From NCBI GenBank assembly GCA_963825055.1, contig CAWGSK010000029.1, forward strand, positions 1 through 28,942: a DNA stretch of 28,942 nt, written 5' to 3'. Positions 17,346-25,854 of the stretch are shown piece by piece. Positions within the stretch are counted from its first letter, which is position 1. Every line of letters begins with the position of its first letter. The notes beneath the pieces were generated by a model that had not been told where the DNA came from, ran no database searches, and was given only the letters and a program-made list of their open reading frames with translations. Made by a program: the position numbers and the translations under genes. This stretch comes from an uncultured Gemmatimonadales bacterium (GTDB taxonomy: Bacteria; Gemmatimonadota; Gemmatimonadetes; Gemmatimonadales; GWC2-71-9).

Positions 17346-18622
17346 GCGGGGAGCGCGCGGAGGGCCCGGGCCAGGTGCCACGCATCGGCGTAGGAGTTGT
17401 AGAGCGGGACCGGCGCGGCCCGGATGACGTCCGGCGGGCGGTGATCGCAGACGATGCCCTGCGTGCGCAGATGGGCGGCAGCCGCAGCCGCGTCTCCCCT
17501 GATCCGGATGGAGAGCTGGCATCCGCGCGCCGTCGGGTCCGTCGGCGTGATGAGCGCCATCCCTGAGGTATCCTGCTCCCGCAGGAGGAATTCCAGGTAT
17601 CCGGTAAGCCGCAGCGACTTCTTCCGGAGTGCCGCCATGCCGGCCTCGTCGAACAGTTCCAGCGAGGCGAGCAGCGGAGCCATCGCCAGGATCGGCGGAT
17701 TGCTGAGCTGCCAGCCGTCGGCGCCTTCGCGCGGCACGAACGCCTGTTCCTGGTCCATCCGGAACCGGGTCGCCGGATCGTTCCCCCACCATCCCGCCAG
17801 CCGCTCGAGGCCCGCGTCGCGCCCGTGGCGCTCGTGCACGAAACACCCGGCGATCGCACCGGGCCCGGCGTTCAGGTATTTGTAGCTGCACCAGACCGCG
17901 AAATCGACGTTCCAGTCGTGCAGGGCAAGTTCCACGTTTCCGGCCGCATGGGCCAGGTCGTAGCCGACCAGGCATCCCTGCCGGCGGGCCTGCGCCGCGA
18001 TCCCGGCCAGGTCGAAGAGCTGCCCCGTGTAGTAGTTCACCCCGCCCAGCAGGACGAGCGCAATCTCCCCGCCATCGCGTTCCAGCACCGCGGCAATGTC
18101 CTCCGGCCGGATCAGGTCCTCGCCCTCACGCGGGTGCACCTCGAGCAGCGCCACCGCCGGGTCCTCGCCCCGCGCGGAGAGATGGGACGTCACCGCGTAC
18201 CGGTCGCTCGGGAACGGGTTCCCCTCGATCAGTATCTTGCGGCGGCGTCCCTCGGGCCGGTAGAACGACGCCAGCATGAGGTGCAGGTTGACCGTGAGGC
18301 TGTTCATCATCACCACCTCGCCGGGCACCGCACCCACCAGGCGCGCGCCGCGCTCCCGGAACTGCTCGTGATAGGCATACCATGGTCGCCGGCCGTCGAA
18401 ATGCGCCTCCACGCCGAGTGCCGCCCAGTCGTCCAGTTCCGAAGCGACCAGGGTCCGGGCCTCGAGAGGCATGAGGCCCAGTGAGTTGCCGCAGAAATAG
18501 CGGAGCGGCGCTCCGTCAGCGCCGCGTGGATGGGCGAACAGGGCGCGATAACGTGCCAGGGGATCCGTGGCGTCCAGGGCCAGGGCGTAGTCCAGCCCTG
18601 TCTGATATGCCGTTTCGCTCAT
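17342..18622 (-). CDS. kynU: Kynureninase
   Basis: Motifs [41 protein letters not shown] (PLP Lys), GWWG, RGCQLS. Confidence 0.96.
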   Translation of the reverse strand: MSETAYQTGLDYALALDATDPLARYRALFAHPRGADGAPLRYFCGNSLGLMPLEARTLVASELDDWAALGVEAHFDGRRPWYAYHEQFRERGARLVGAVPGEVVMMNSLTVNLHLMLASFYRPEGRRRKILIEGNPFPSDRYAVTSHLSARGEDPAVALLEVHPREGEDLIRPEDIAAVLERDGGEIALVLLGGVNYYTGQLFDLAGIAAQARRQGCLVGYDLAHAAGNVELALHDWNVDFAVWCSYKYLNAGPGAIAGCFVHERHGRDAGLERLAGWWGNDPATRFRMDQEQAFVPREGADGWQLSNPPILAMAPLLASLELFDEAGMAALRKKSLRLTGYLEFLLREQDTSGMALITPTDPTARGCQLSIRIRGDAAAAAAHLRTQGIVCDHRPPDVIRAAPVPLYNSYADAWHLARALRALPA

Positions 18623-19626
18623 GCCGGCGCTTCCAGGCCCAGGAATTCCCGGGCGGTCCCGGCGAGAAGACGCGCCCGGCCCGCCGGCGGCAGGTCAGGC
18701 AGCGATTCGATCAGCGCTCCGGGGAGGTGTTCGCCCAGCGGGAAGGGGTAGTCCGATCCGAGCGCGATGCGCTCGGCGCCCATCAGGTCCAGCAGATAGC
18801 GAAGGGCGAGCGGATCGTGCACCAGCGAGTCCACATAGCAGCGGGAAAGGTACGCCCGCGGGTCGCCGGGCTGGTTCACGGCCACCAGGTCCGGGCGCAC
18901 GTTGTATCCGTGCTCGATCCGTCCGAAGGTGCCGGGAAAGGAACCGCCGCCATGCGCAAGACAGACGCGGAGCGTGGGCAGCCGCTCCAGGACGCCCCCG
19001 AAGATCAGCGAGCACGCCGCGATCGCCGTTTCCGCCGGCATGCCGACCAGCCAGCGGAGCCAGTAGCGCTCCATCCGGTCAGCGGCGAACATGTCCCAGG
19101 GATGAATGAAGACGGCGGCCCCGAGTCCGGCCGCCGCCTCGAACAGCGGGAAAAGCCCCGGGTCGTCCAGGTTCCGGCCATTCACGTGCGTGCCGATCTG
19201 GACGCCGGGGAGCCCGAGTTCCCCGATACAGCGCTCCAGCTCCCCGATGGCGAGGTCCGTGTCCTGCATGGGAAGCGTTCCGAGGCCGGTGAACCGTTCG
19301 GGGTGCGCGGCGATCACGCCGGCCAGGTGGTCGTTCAGGATCCGGGCGAGGTCGAGTCCGTCCGCCGGGCGCGTCCAGTAGCTGAACATGACCGGGACCG
19401 TGGACAGGACCTGCATGGAGACGCCGGCCCGGTCGCAATCCTCGATCCGGCGGGCCGGGTCCCAGCAGTTGTCCTGGATTTCGCGGAAAGGCCGGCCGTC
19501 GATCGACATCATGGCGCGGCACGGGTCGAGATGTTCCAGCGAAATGAATCCCCCGTACCCGTACCGTTCCCGCAGGTCGGGCCAGGTCCGGGGGAGGATG
19601 TGCGTATGGAGGTCGATCTTCTCCAC
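18619..19626 (-). CDS. nbaD: 2-amino-3-carboxymuconate 6-semialdehyde decarboxylase (ACMSD)
   Basis: Motifs [47 protein letters not shown]. Confidence 0.93.
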   Translation of the reverse strand: MEKIDLHTHILPRTWPDLRERYGYGGFISLEHLDPCRAMMSIDGRPFREIQDNCWDPARRIEDCDRAGVSMQVLSTVPVMFSYWTRPADGLDLARILNDHLAGVIAAHPERFTGLGTLPMQDTDLAIGELERCIGELGLPGVQIGTHVNGRNLDDPGLFPLFEAAAGLGAAVFIHPWDMFAADRMERYWLRWLVGMPAETAIAACSLIFGGVLERLPTLRVCLAHGGGSFPGTFGRIEHGYNVRPDLVAVNQPGDPRAYLSRCYVDSLVHDPLALRYLLDLMGAERIALGSDYPFPLGEHLPGALIESLPDLPPAGRARLLAGTAREFLGLEAPA

Positions 19627-20156
19627 TACTTGCCGGCGCCGGCGGGCCGGGGGACCTCCATCACGTGGCCGCAGTTGCCGCAGGTGCGCAGCGACGCGTC
19701 CACATAGAAGTTCTCGATGATCGGCTTGAGTTGCTTGCCGAGGTCCTCGAGCTGGAAATCATTGTCGTGCAGTACCTCGCCGCACTTCTCGCAGTACCAG
19801 CGCAAGTGGTCCTTCTCTCCGGTCTTCCGCTGACGCTCGATGACGAGTCCGACGGTGTTGGCGGGCCGCTGCGGCGAATGCGGGATACCGGCGGGCAGGA
19901 GGAACATCTCCCCTTCACGGATGGGGATGTCCCGGACTTCGCCGTCCTCACGGATGCGGAGCGTGATGTCGCCCTCGATCTGGTAGAAGAACTCGTCGCC
20001 GTCCTCGACGTGGAAGTCCTTTCGCTGGTTGGGCCCGCCAACCACCATCACCATGAACTCCGTGTCGTTCCAGACCATCTTGTTCCCGACCGGGGGCTTC
20101 AGCAGGTCGCGATGCTCCTCGACCCAGGCCTTGATGTTGAGCGGGGTGTGCTTCAT
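19626..20156 (-). CDS. nbaC: 3-hydroxyanthranilate 3,4-dioxygenase
   Basis: Motifs [31 protein letters not shown]; rubredoxin-like CEKC/CGNC site. Confidence 0.96.
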   Translation of the reverse strand: MKHTPLNIKAWVEEHRDLLKPPVGNKMVWNDTEFMVMVVGGPNQRKDFHVEDGDEFFYQIEGDITLRIREDGEVRDIPIREGEMFLLPAGIPHSPQRPANTVGLVIERQRKTGEKDHLRWYCEKCGEVLHDNDFQLEDLGKQLKPIIENFYVDASLRTCGNCGHVMEVPRPAGAGK

Positions 20157-20187
20157 GAGGGGTCTCCGTTGGATGGGCGGATACAGA

Positions 20188-20193
20188 AATATA
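20188..20193 (-). promoter_or_regulatory. Candidate -10 box TATATT for the nbaC operon
   Basis: AT-rich hexamer 31 nt upstream of the nbaC ATG, in GC-rich surroundings. No clear -35 box. Confidence 0.35.
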
Positions 20194-20268
20194 GTGACTA
20201 GTGACTAGTGACTAGTGACTAGTGGCTGGTGACGGGTGACGGGTGACTGGTGACTGGTGACTGGTGAC
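20192..20268 (+). repeat. 11 tandem heptamers: (TAGTGAC)x4, TAGTGGC, then (T/G)GGTGAC x6
   Basis: Read directly, all in phase. Confidence 0.95.
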
Positions 20269-20321
20269 TGACGGTTCGAGAACGGAAGCCGTTTCCCGCA
20301 AGCCGATATCCCGTCCATTCC

Positions 20322-20356
20322 TGCACTAGTCACTACCCACTAGTCACTAGTCACTG
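20322..20356 (-). repeat. Inverted array of 5 heptamers (plus strand GTCACTA-like)
   Basis: Reverse complement of the 20192 unit; starts 3 nt after the S8 protease stop. Confidence 0.9.
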
Positions 20357-20359
20357 TTC

Positions 20360-22303
20360 TTACGGCACCACCACCGCCTTCGTCAGGCTGGCGCTCGCGC
20401 CCTGGTCGTCGGTCAGGGTCAGGGTGACCTGGTAAGTTCCCGTGACGGCGTAGGTGTGCTTCTGCACGGGCAGGGTGCCGATCTTTCCGTCGCCGAAGTC
20501 CCAGGCCCACTTCGTGATCGTGCCATCATCAGCCGACGCACTCGCATCGAAGCCGCACTGGCGCGGGCGGAGCGGGCAGGTGGTGGAGAAAGCCACCGTC
20601 GGCGGCTGGTTTCCGCCGGGCGCGCTCACGGTGACCGTGTGCGAGGTTGAACCGGTGAGGTTCCCCGCGTCCCGCACGGTGAGCGTAATGGTGTAGGTCC
20701 CGCCCTGGGCGTATGTGTGACTGGCCTGCGACCCCGATCCGGTGGCGCCGTCGCCGTAGGTCCAGCTCCAGCCGGTCACGCCGTGGTCGTCCGTGGAACC
20801 CCTGCCGTCCACGTCGCAGGCAAGCGCGGTGCAGCTCACGATGAAGCTCGCCTGGGGCGGCTGGTTGGCGTTCCCGCCGGTCGTGTTGACGGCTTTCGTG
20901 ATGCTGTTCGAGAGACCGCCGGCATCGATGACGGTCAGGGTGACGTTATAGGTGCCGTTGGTGGCATAGGTGTGCTTCTGAACGGGGAGGGTGCCGATCT
21001 TACCGTCCCCGAAGTCCCAGGCCCAGGTGACAATGCCGTGATCATCGGCGCTCGCCGAGGCATCGAAGGCGCACTGCCGCGGCTTCACCGGGCAGGTGAA
21101 GGAAAACTGCGCCACGGGAGGCTGGTTTGGTCCCGGCGGGCCGCCGCCGATGAAGCTGGTGTTCAGCAGGAGGTTCGGGGATCCGCTGCCGCGGTTGGTG
21201 ACCTTGCCGCTCGTGGCGTTGGCAAGCAGCGCCTGGGTGACCGCGGCGGGAGTGGCCCCGGGGCTCCCCTCGAGGTACAGCGCCGCGGCCCCCGCCACGT
21301 GCGGGGAGGCCATGGACGTTCCGGAGAGCGTTGCCGTCGCGCTGTTGCTGGTGTACCAGTCGGAGACGATGCTGCTCCCGGGCGCGAAGATATCGACGCA
21401 GCTGCCGAAGTTGGAGAAAGAACTCCGTGCGTCGCCGCTGGTGGTGGAGGCCACGGTAATGGCAGCCGGCGCGCGGGCAGGAGACTCATTGCAGGCATTC
21501 CCGCTGCTGTTACCCGCGGCCACGACGTACGTCACGCCGGCATTGACCGAACTGGTAAGGGCCTGGTCGAGCGCATTCGACGCGCCGCCACTCAGGCTCA
21601 TGTTGGCCACCGCGGGCAGCTGGGCGTTGGCGGTGACCCAGTCAATGCCGGCGATCACCCCCGAGACGGTCCCGCTGCCCGTGCAGTCGAGGACCCGGAC
21701 CGCCACCAGCGTGGCCTGCTTCGCCACCCCGTACGTGGTCCCGGCGGCAGTGCCGGAAACATGGGTTCCATGCCCGTAACAGTCGTTCGTGCCATTGCCG
21801 TCGTTGATGCTGGTGAATCCGCCGGACGCCCGGCCACCGAAGTCGGAATGGCTGCTGCGTATGCCGGTGTCGAGGATGTATACGTGGACCCCGAGCCCGC
21901 CGGCATTGTAGGTGTAACCATTATCCAGCGGCAGGCTTGCCTGGTCGATCCGGTCGAGCCCCCAGGATGGCACCGGTGACTGGGTCAGTACCGCATGCAC
22001 CGGCTGGTCGGGCTCGATGAAGGCCACGGCGGGGTCGGCCTGCAGCGCCTGGAGGGCGGCCGGGGTCAGGTCGGCCGCGAAACCATCCAGGGCCCGGGTG
22101 TAGGTGTGGACGACCGTCCCGCCGGACGCCGTCACCGCCGCCACCGCGGAGGTGGTCAGGGGCCCGGTTCGCGGCCGCAGCACCACGATGTACCGCTGAG
22201 CTCCCGCGCCGGCGCTGGCGGAGGATGGAGCGGTCGGGGGCGTCTCCCCGCAGGCGGCCATCAGGACCGCGCCACTGAACAGGAGCGAACGAAGGGCTCG
22301 CAT
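20360..22303 (-). CDS. S8 subtilase (aqualysin/proteinase K-like) lipoprotein with I9 prodomain and 3 PKD domains
   Basis: Lipobox MAAC; SWGLDRIDQ; catalytic triad ILDTG / GHGTHV / GTSMASPHVAG; three W-[DT]-[FY]-GDG...HTY...GTY PKD units. Confidence 0.93.
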   Translation of the reverse strand: MRALRSLLFSGAVLMAACGETPPTAPSSASAGAGAQRYIVVLRPRTGPLTTSAVAAVTASGGTVVHTYTRALDGFAADLTPAALQALQADPAVAFIEPDQPVHAVLTQSPVPSWGLDRIDQASLPLDNGYTYNAGGLGVHVYILDTGIRSSHSDFGGRASGGFTSINDGNGTNDCYGHGTHVSGTAAGTTYGVAKQATLVAVRVLDCTGSGTVSGVIAGIDWVTANAQLPAVANMSLSGGASNALDQALTSSVNAGVTYVVAAGNSSGNACNESPARAPAAITVASTTSGDARSSFSNFGSCVDIFAPGSSIVSDWYTSNSATATLSGTSMASPHVAGAAALYLEGSPGATPAAVTQALLANATSGKVTNRGSGSPNLLLNTSFIGGGPPGPNQPPVAQFSFTCPVKPRQCAFDASASADDHGIVTWAWDFGDGKIGTLPVQKHTYATNGTYNVTLTVIDAGGLSNSITKAVNTTGGNANQPPQASFIVSCTALACDVDGRGSTDDHGVTGWSWTYGDGATGSGSQASHTYAQGGTYTITLTVRDAGNLTGSTSHTVTVSAPGGNQPPTVAFSTTCPLRPRQCGFDASASADDGTITKWAWDFGDGKIGTLPVQKHTYAVTGTYQVTLTLTDDQGASASLTKAVVVP

Positions 22304-22513
22304 CGGTCATACCTCGCAGGAACGGGACGGCGAAGACCCCGGTAGGGGGCAGGTCGTGCGGTATGGCAGGAGTGCCCGGACGGGCGCTATCCGGCACGTT
22401 ACCTCCCCCGGAAACCGGCGGCAAGAGGGCCCCGGGTAACTCGCATCACGGCGCATTCCCGCCCCCGGGACCATAGTTGATATCCGCAACGGTTTCCCGC
22501 ATGAGGAGGAACG

Positions 22514-23215
22514 ATGACCACCCCGAGGATCCTGATGGTACTGACGTCGAGCGCCACCATGGGCGGCAGTGATGAACCGACGGGACTGTGGCTCAGCGAA
22601 TTCACCGAGCCGTATTACGCGCTGCTGGATGGCGGGCTCAAGGTGGATGTGGTCTCCGTGGGAGGCGGTCAGGTCCCGCTCGATCCCAGGAGCACCACCG
22701 ACGATGCCTGCCAGGACGCGCCCAACGCCCGCTATGCCGCCGACGTCAAGGCCCAGGCCCTGCTGTCAGAGACGGTGGCAGTGGACCAGGTGGACTTCGG
22801 CCGGTACGATGCCATCTTTCTCCCGGGCGGACATGGCACCATGTGGGACATGCCCGGCAGCGAGGCGCTGGCCCGCGGCGTGAGCCGCATGCTCGCCGAG
22901 GGCAGGCCGGTGGCGGCGGTCTGCCACGGGCCGGCCGGTCTCGTTTCCGCCACCACCGACGAGGGCGAGCCGGTGGTCCGGGGGCGGACGGTGAGCGCCT
23001 TCACCCGGGCGGAAGAGAAGAAGGTGGGGCTGGAAGACAAGGTACCTTTCTTCCTGGACGAGCGGCTCGAGGCACTCGGGGCGGAAGTGAACCGCGGCGA
23101 ACCGTTCACGGAGACCGCCGTGGCGGACGGCAACCTCATCACCGGTCAGAACCCGCAGTCGGCGGGCAAGGTGGCGAGAATGCTGATGGACAGCCTCGCC
23201 GCCGCCCGTCGCTGA
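22514..23215 (+). CDS. DJ-1/PfpI (Hsp31/glyoxalase III-like) protein
   Basis: GAGGAGG RBS. Motifs [36 protein letters not shown]. Confidence 0.92.
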   Translation: MTTPRILMVLTSSATMGGSDEPTGLWLSEFTEPYYALLDGGLKVDVVSVGGGQVPLDPRSTTDDACQDAPNARYAADVKAQALLSETVAVDQVDFGRYDAIFLPGGHGTMWDMPGSEALARGVSRMLAEGRPVAAVCHGPAGLVSATTDEGEPVVRGRTVSAFTRAEEKKVGLEDKVPFFLDERLEALGAEVNRGEPFTETAVADGNLITGQNPQSAGKVARMLMDSLAAARR

Positions 23216-23231
23216 TCACCCAGGAGACCCC

Positions 23232-24227
23232 ATGGAATACCGTCGCCTCGGCAGCGCCGGACTCCGGATCTCGGCGCTGTCCTTCGGGGCGTGGGTCACC
23301 CTCGGGGACCAGGTCGACGAGGACATGGCCCTGGCCTGTCTTACCCGGGCGCGGGACCACGGCGTGAACTTCTTCGATAACGCGGAAGCCTACGCGGGCG
23401 GCCGTGCCGAGGAAGTCATGGGGCGCCTCATCCGCAAGGCGGGCTGGAAGCGCTCCGACCTGATCATTTCCACCAAGATGTTCTGGGGCGGCAGCGGCCC
23501 GAATGACCAGGGCCTGAGCCGCAAGCACCTCATCGAGGGAACCATGGCCTCCCTCGACCGCCTGGGCATGGACTATGTGGACCTGCTCTTCTGCCACCGA
23601 CCGGATCCCGAGACGCCCATTGAAGAGACGGTTCGCGCAATGTCCTGGCTGGTTGACCAGGGCAAGGCGTTCTACTGGGGCACGAGCCAGTGGACGGCGG
23701 AACAGATCCGCGTGGCCCACGCGGTCGCGCGGCAGGAACACCTCGTGCCCCCCACCATGGAGCAGCCCCAGTACAACATGTTCGTCCGGGACAAAGTGGA
23801 GCGTGATTTTGCCCGGCTCTACCGTGACGTCGGACTCGGCCTCACGGTCTGGAGTCCGCTCTCGAGCGGCCTGTTGACCGGGAAATACAACGACGGCATC
23901 CCCGAGGGCAGCCGCCTGTCACTCGAGGGGTACGGCATGCTGCGGGACCGGCTGGAAAGTGAGGAAGGACAGGACCGGATCGAGAAGGTGCGCCGCCTCG
24001 CGCCCATCGCGCAGGATCTGGGCGCCACGCTCGCCCAGCTCGCCATCGCGTGGACCCTGCTCAATCCCCACGTCAGCACCACCATCACCGGCGCGTCACA
24101 CCCGGACCAGGTCGACGAGAACATGGCCGCGCTGAGCCTCGTCCCTGCCCTGACGCCAGAGGTGGTGGAGCGGATTGAGGAAGTCCTGCAGAACAGGCCG
24201 GAGGGGGAGAAGGACTACAGAGAGTAG
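23232..24227 (+). CDS. Aldo/keto reductase (Kv-beta-like subfamily)
   Basis: Motifs [46 protein letters not shown]. Confidence 0.93.
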   Translation: MEYRRLGSAGLRISALSFGAWVTLGDQVDEDMALACLTRARDHGVNFFDNAEAYAGGRAEEVMGRLIRKAGWKRSDLIISTKMFWGGSGPNDQGLSRKHLIEGTMASLDRLGMDYVDLLFCHRPDPETPIEETVRAMSWLVDQGKAFYWGTSQWTAEQIRVAHAVARQEHLVPPTMEQPQYNMFVRDKVERDFARLYRDVGLGLTVWSPLSSGLLTGKYNDGIPEGSRLSLEGYGMLRDRLESEEGQDRIEKVRRLAPIAQDLGATLAQLAIAWTLLNPHVSTTITGASHPDQVDENMAALSLVPALTPEVVERIEEVLQNRPEGEKDYRE

Positions 24228-24309
24228 TGAGTAGTGAGTAGTGAGTAGTGCTTCAGTGCAGGATTCTGCCTTGAATCACTGATCATTAATCACTATCACC
24301 AGTCACCAG
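24222..24309 (+). repeat. (GAGTAGT)x4 array, short core, then degenerate TCACYRR array
   Basis: GAGTAGT runs 24222-24249 and contains the AKR stop. TCACTGA/TCATTAA/TCACTA/TCACCAG x2 run 24276-24309. Confidence 0.85.
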
Positions 24310-24364
24310 CCAGTGCCCTCTGCAGCTGTTCCACCGCCCTCCCGCTCCGCCCTCGCCTGATCAC

Positions 24365-24394
24365 AAACGAAAACGGCCCCCACATGGGGGCCGT
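24365..24394 (-). terminator. Intrinsic terminator for the 24429..25643 gene
   Basis: 9-bp stem ACGGCCCCC/GGGGGCCGT with a 4-nt loop, followed on the minus strand by TTTCGTTT. Confidence 0.75.
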
Positions 24395-24400
24395 CCTCTC

Positions 24401-24421
24401 ACTGCCGACTGCCGATTGCCG
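24401..24421 (-). repeat. Heptamer array CGGCART x3
   Basis: Plus strand reads ACTGCCG ACTGCCG ATTGCCG; 7 nt after the stop at 24429. Confidence 0.7.
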
Positions 24422-24428
24422 GCAGTTC

Positions 24429-25643
24429 CTACTGCACCGTAAACGTACTCGACGTCACCTGCACCGACGGGAAGCCCGACAACGACGCCGTCGCCACCAG
24501 CTGGTAGGTACCGGGAGCGGTCAGGAAGAGCCGGTCGAACGTGGCCAGTCCGTCCTGCACCGTCACGACGCTGTTCTGGCCATCGAGGATCCCGTTCCCC
24601 TGGAGTGTCACCAGGCTCATCTTGACGGTCACCTGCGGCAGGGGCGTTCCACCGTTGCCAACGGCAATCAGCTGCACCGGCGGCACGAACGGCTGCCGGA
24701 CGGTGCTCGCGGTCGGCTGCTGCGTGAAGGACAGGTTGATCGCCTGGGCATCCACGGCTCCGAATCCGCTGAACCCGGTCGTGGATCCACCCACCGGGCC
24801 GAGCCGGGCGGCCGCGTGGAGCGGCGCGGGAAGGAGCGCCTGACCCGCCCAGGCCAGGACCCGGCCGAACATGGTCGCGGGCTCACGGCCGGCAATCAAG
24901 TTCGGACACGGCAGGAAGAAGCTCGGATCCGCCAGGTTCAGGATCACCTCCGGCGCGTTCGCGGACTGTTCCGCCACCCGGAGATTGCCGGGATTCGGCA
25001 CGCAGAAGCCGACGATCAGGCCTTTCGGCACCTGCGGACTGGCCGGAAGGGTGGACCAGATGAACGGTATGTCCACCAGGACCTCCTGGAAGGTGAGCCG
25101 CGGCGCCGGAGTCCCCCAGATAAGCGTCCGGCGTCCGAAGATACCGAGCCAGGTCGCGTCGCCGTTCAGGCCCAGGCCGGAGAAGCCGTCCTTCGACACG
25201 ATGTTCGACGTCGGGTCATTCGGGCCACCCCGGACCTCGAAGGCCCCGTTGCGGAGCGCGTCGCCCAGCGGATCCGGATATCCCTCGTTGAGGTCCGTGC
25301 AAGCCACGACGGCGTTGGCCAGGGTCGAGCCGTCCTTCGGCTTCCCGGCGGCCCGGCCCGCATTGTTGGCCTCGGCAATCAGCGCAAGAACGTCGAAGCC
25401 CAGGTCACGGGCGACCGCGGGACTCCCGTTCATCTGCTGCTGCAATTGCTCGATCAGGCCGAGGGCACGAGCCTGGTCAGCCCCCGTGAAGTAGGTCTTG
25501 GCGGCGGACTTGGCGCCGTTGATGCTGCAGGCGACTCCGCCGACAAACTCGGGGTTCGGCGCGCCAAGGGACTGGTCGGGACCATCCTGACAGGAAACCA
25601 CGGCCAGCAATAGCGCCACCGGGAGGGCGTAACGAAACTTCAT
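24429..25643 (-). CDS. Hypothetical lipoprotein with C-terminal Ig-like beta domain
   Basis: AAGGAG RBS and lipobox VVSC. C-terminal LSFTQQP...PPVQL...GLATFDRL...PGTYQLVAT is a beta-sandwich pattern. Confidence 0.82.
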   Translation of the reverse strand: MKFRYALPVALLLAVVSCQDGPDQSLGAPNPEFVGGVACSINGAKSAAKTYFTGADQARALGLIEQLQQQMNGSPAVARDLGFDVLALIAEANNAGRAAGKPKDGSTLANAVVACTDLNEGYPDPLGDALRNGAFEVRGGPNDPTSNIVSKDGFSGLGLNGDATWLGIFGRRTLIWGTPAPRLTFQEVLVDIPFIWSTLPASPQVPKGLIVGFCVPNPGNLRVAEQSANAPEVILNLADPSFFLPCPNLIAGREPATMFGRVLAWAGQALLPAPLHAAARLGPVGGSTTGFSGFGAVDAQAINLSFTQQPTASTVRQPFVPPVQLIAVGNGGTPLPQVTVKMSLVTLQGNGILDGQNSVVTVQDGLATFDRLFLTAPGTYQLVATASLSGFPSVQVTSSTFTVQ

Positions 25644-25854
25644 GGGAACTCCTTATTACCTGATGCAGGGGGACAACGGATGAAGGATCAGGTGAAAATG
25701 CTGGAAAATGCATGCCTCGAAACACCGACACGCACCGGGCGATCCATCGTGTTGTGAAATAACGACTTGGAGGTTCAGGAAAAGAAGTTCCGCCCCGACT
25801 GTATATGGTCCCGGCGCCCCAGTCGTGGCATCGGGTGCACAACCGGGGCCGGGT

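Noticed and set aside
15201..17393. 730-aa plus-strand ORF
   Set aside because: It is the antisense shadow of kynA and kmo, with no recognisable motifs.
17346..17975. Long N-terminal extension of KMO in the ORF track (likewise for BTAD, kynB and the kinase)
   Set aside because: The KMO extension overlaps kynU; homology begins at MTDRY (17345), which gives a typical ATGA coupling. The other extensions likewise precede the first family motif.
6140..20156. Haloperoxidase plus Trp genes as a halogenated-metabolite biosynthetic cluster
   Set aside because: They are separated by unrelated genes, the Trp genes are clearly ring-cleaving and catabolic, and no scaffold-building enzymes are present.
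20219..20326. Trp-sensing leader peptide upstream of nbaC (minus strand GTG CAG GAA TGG...)
   Set aside because: It has only one Trp codon, no clear RBS, and runs into repeat-derived sequence, so attenuation is unsupported.
20192..20356. Possible CRISPR array
   Set aside because: The units are contiguous 7-mers with no unique spacers, and no cas genes are present.
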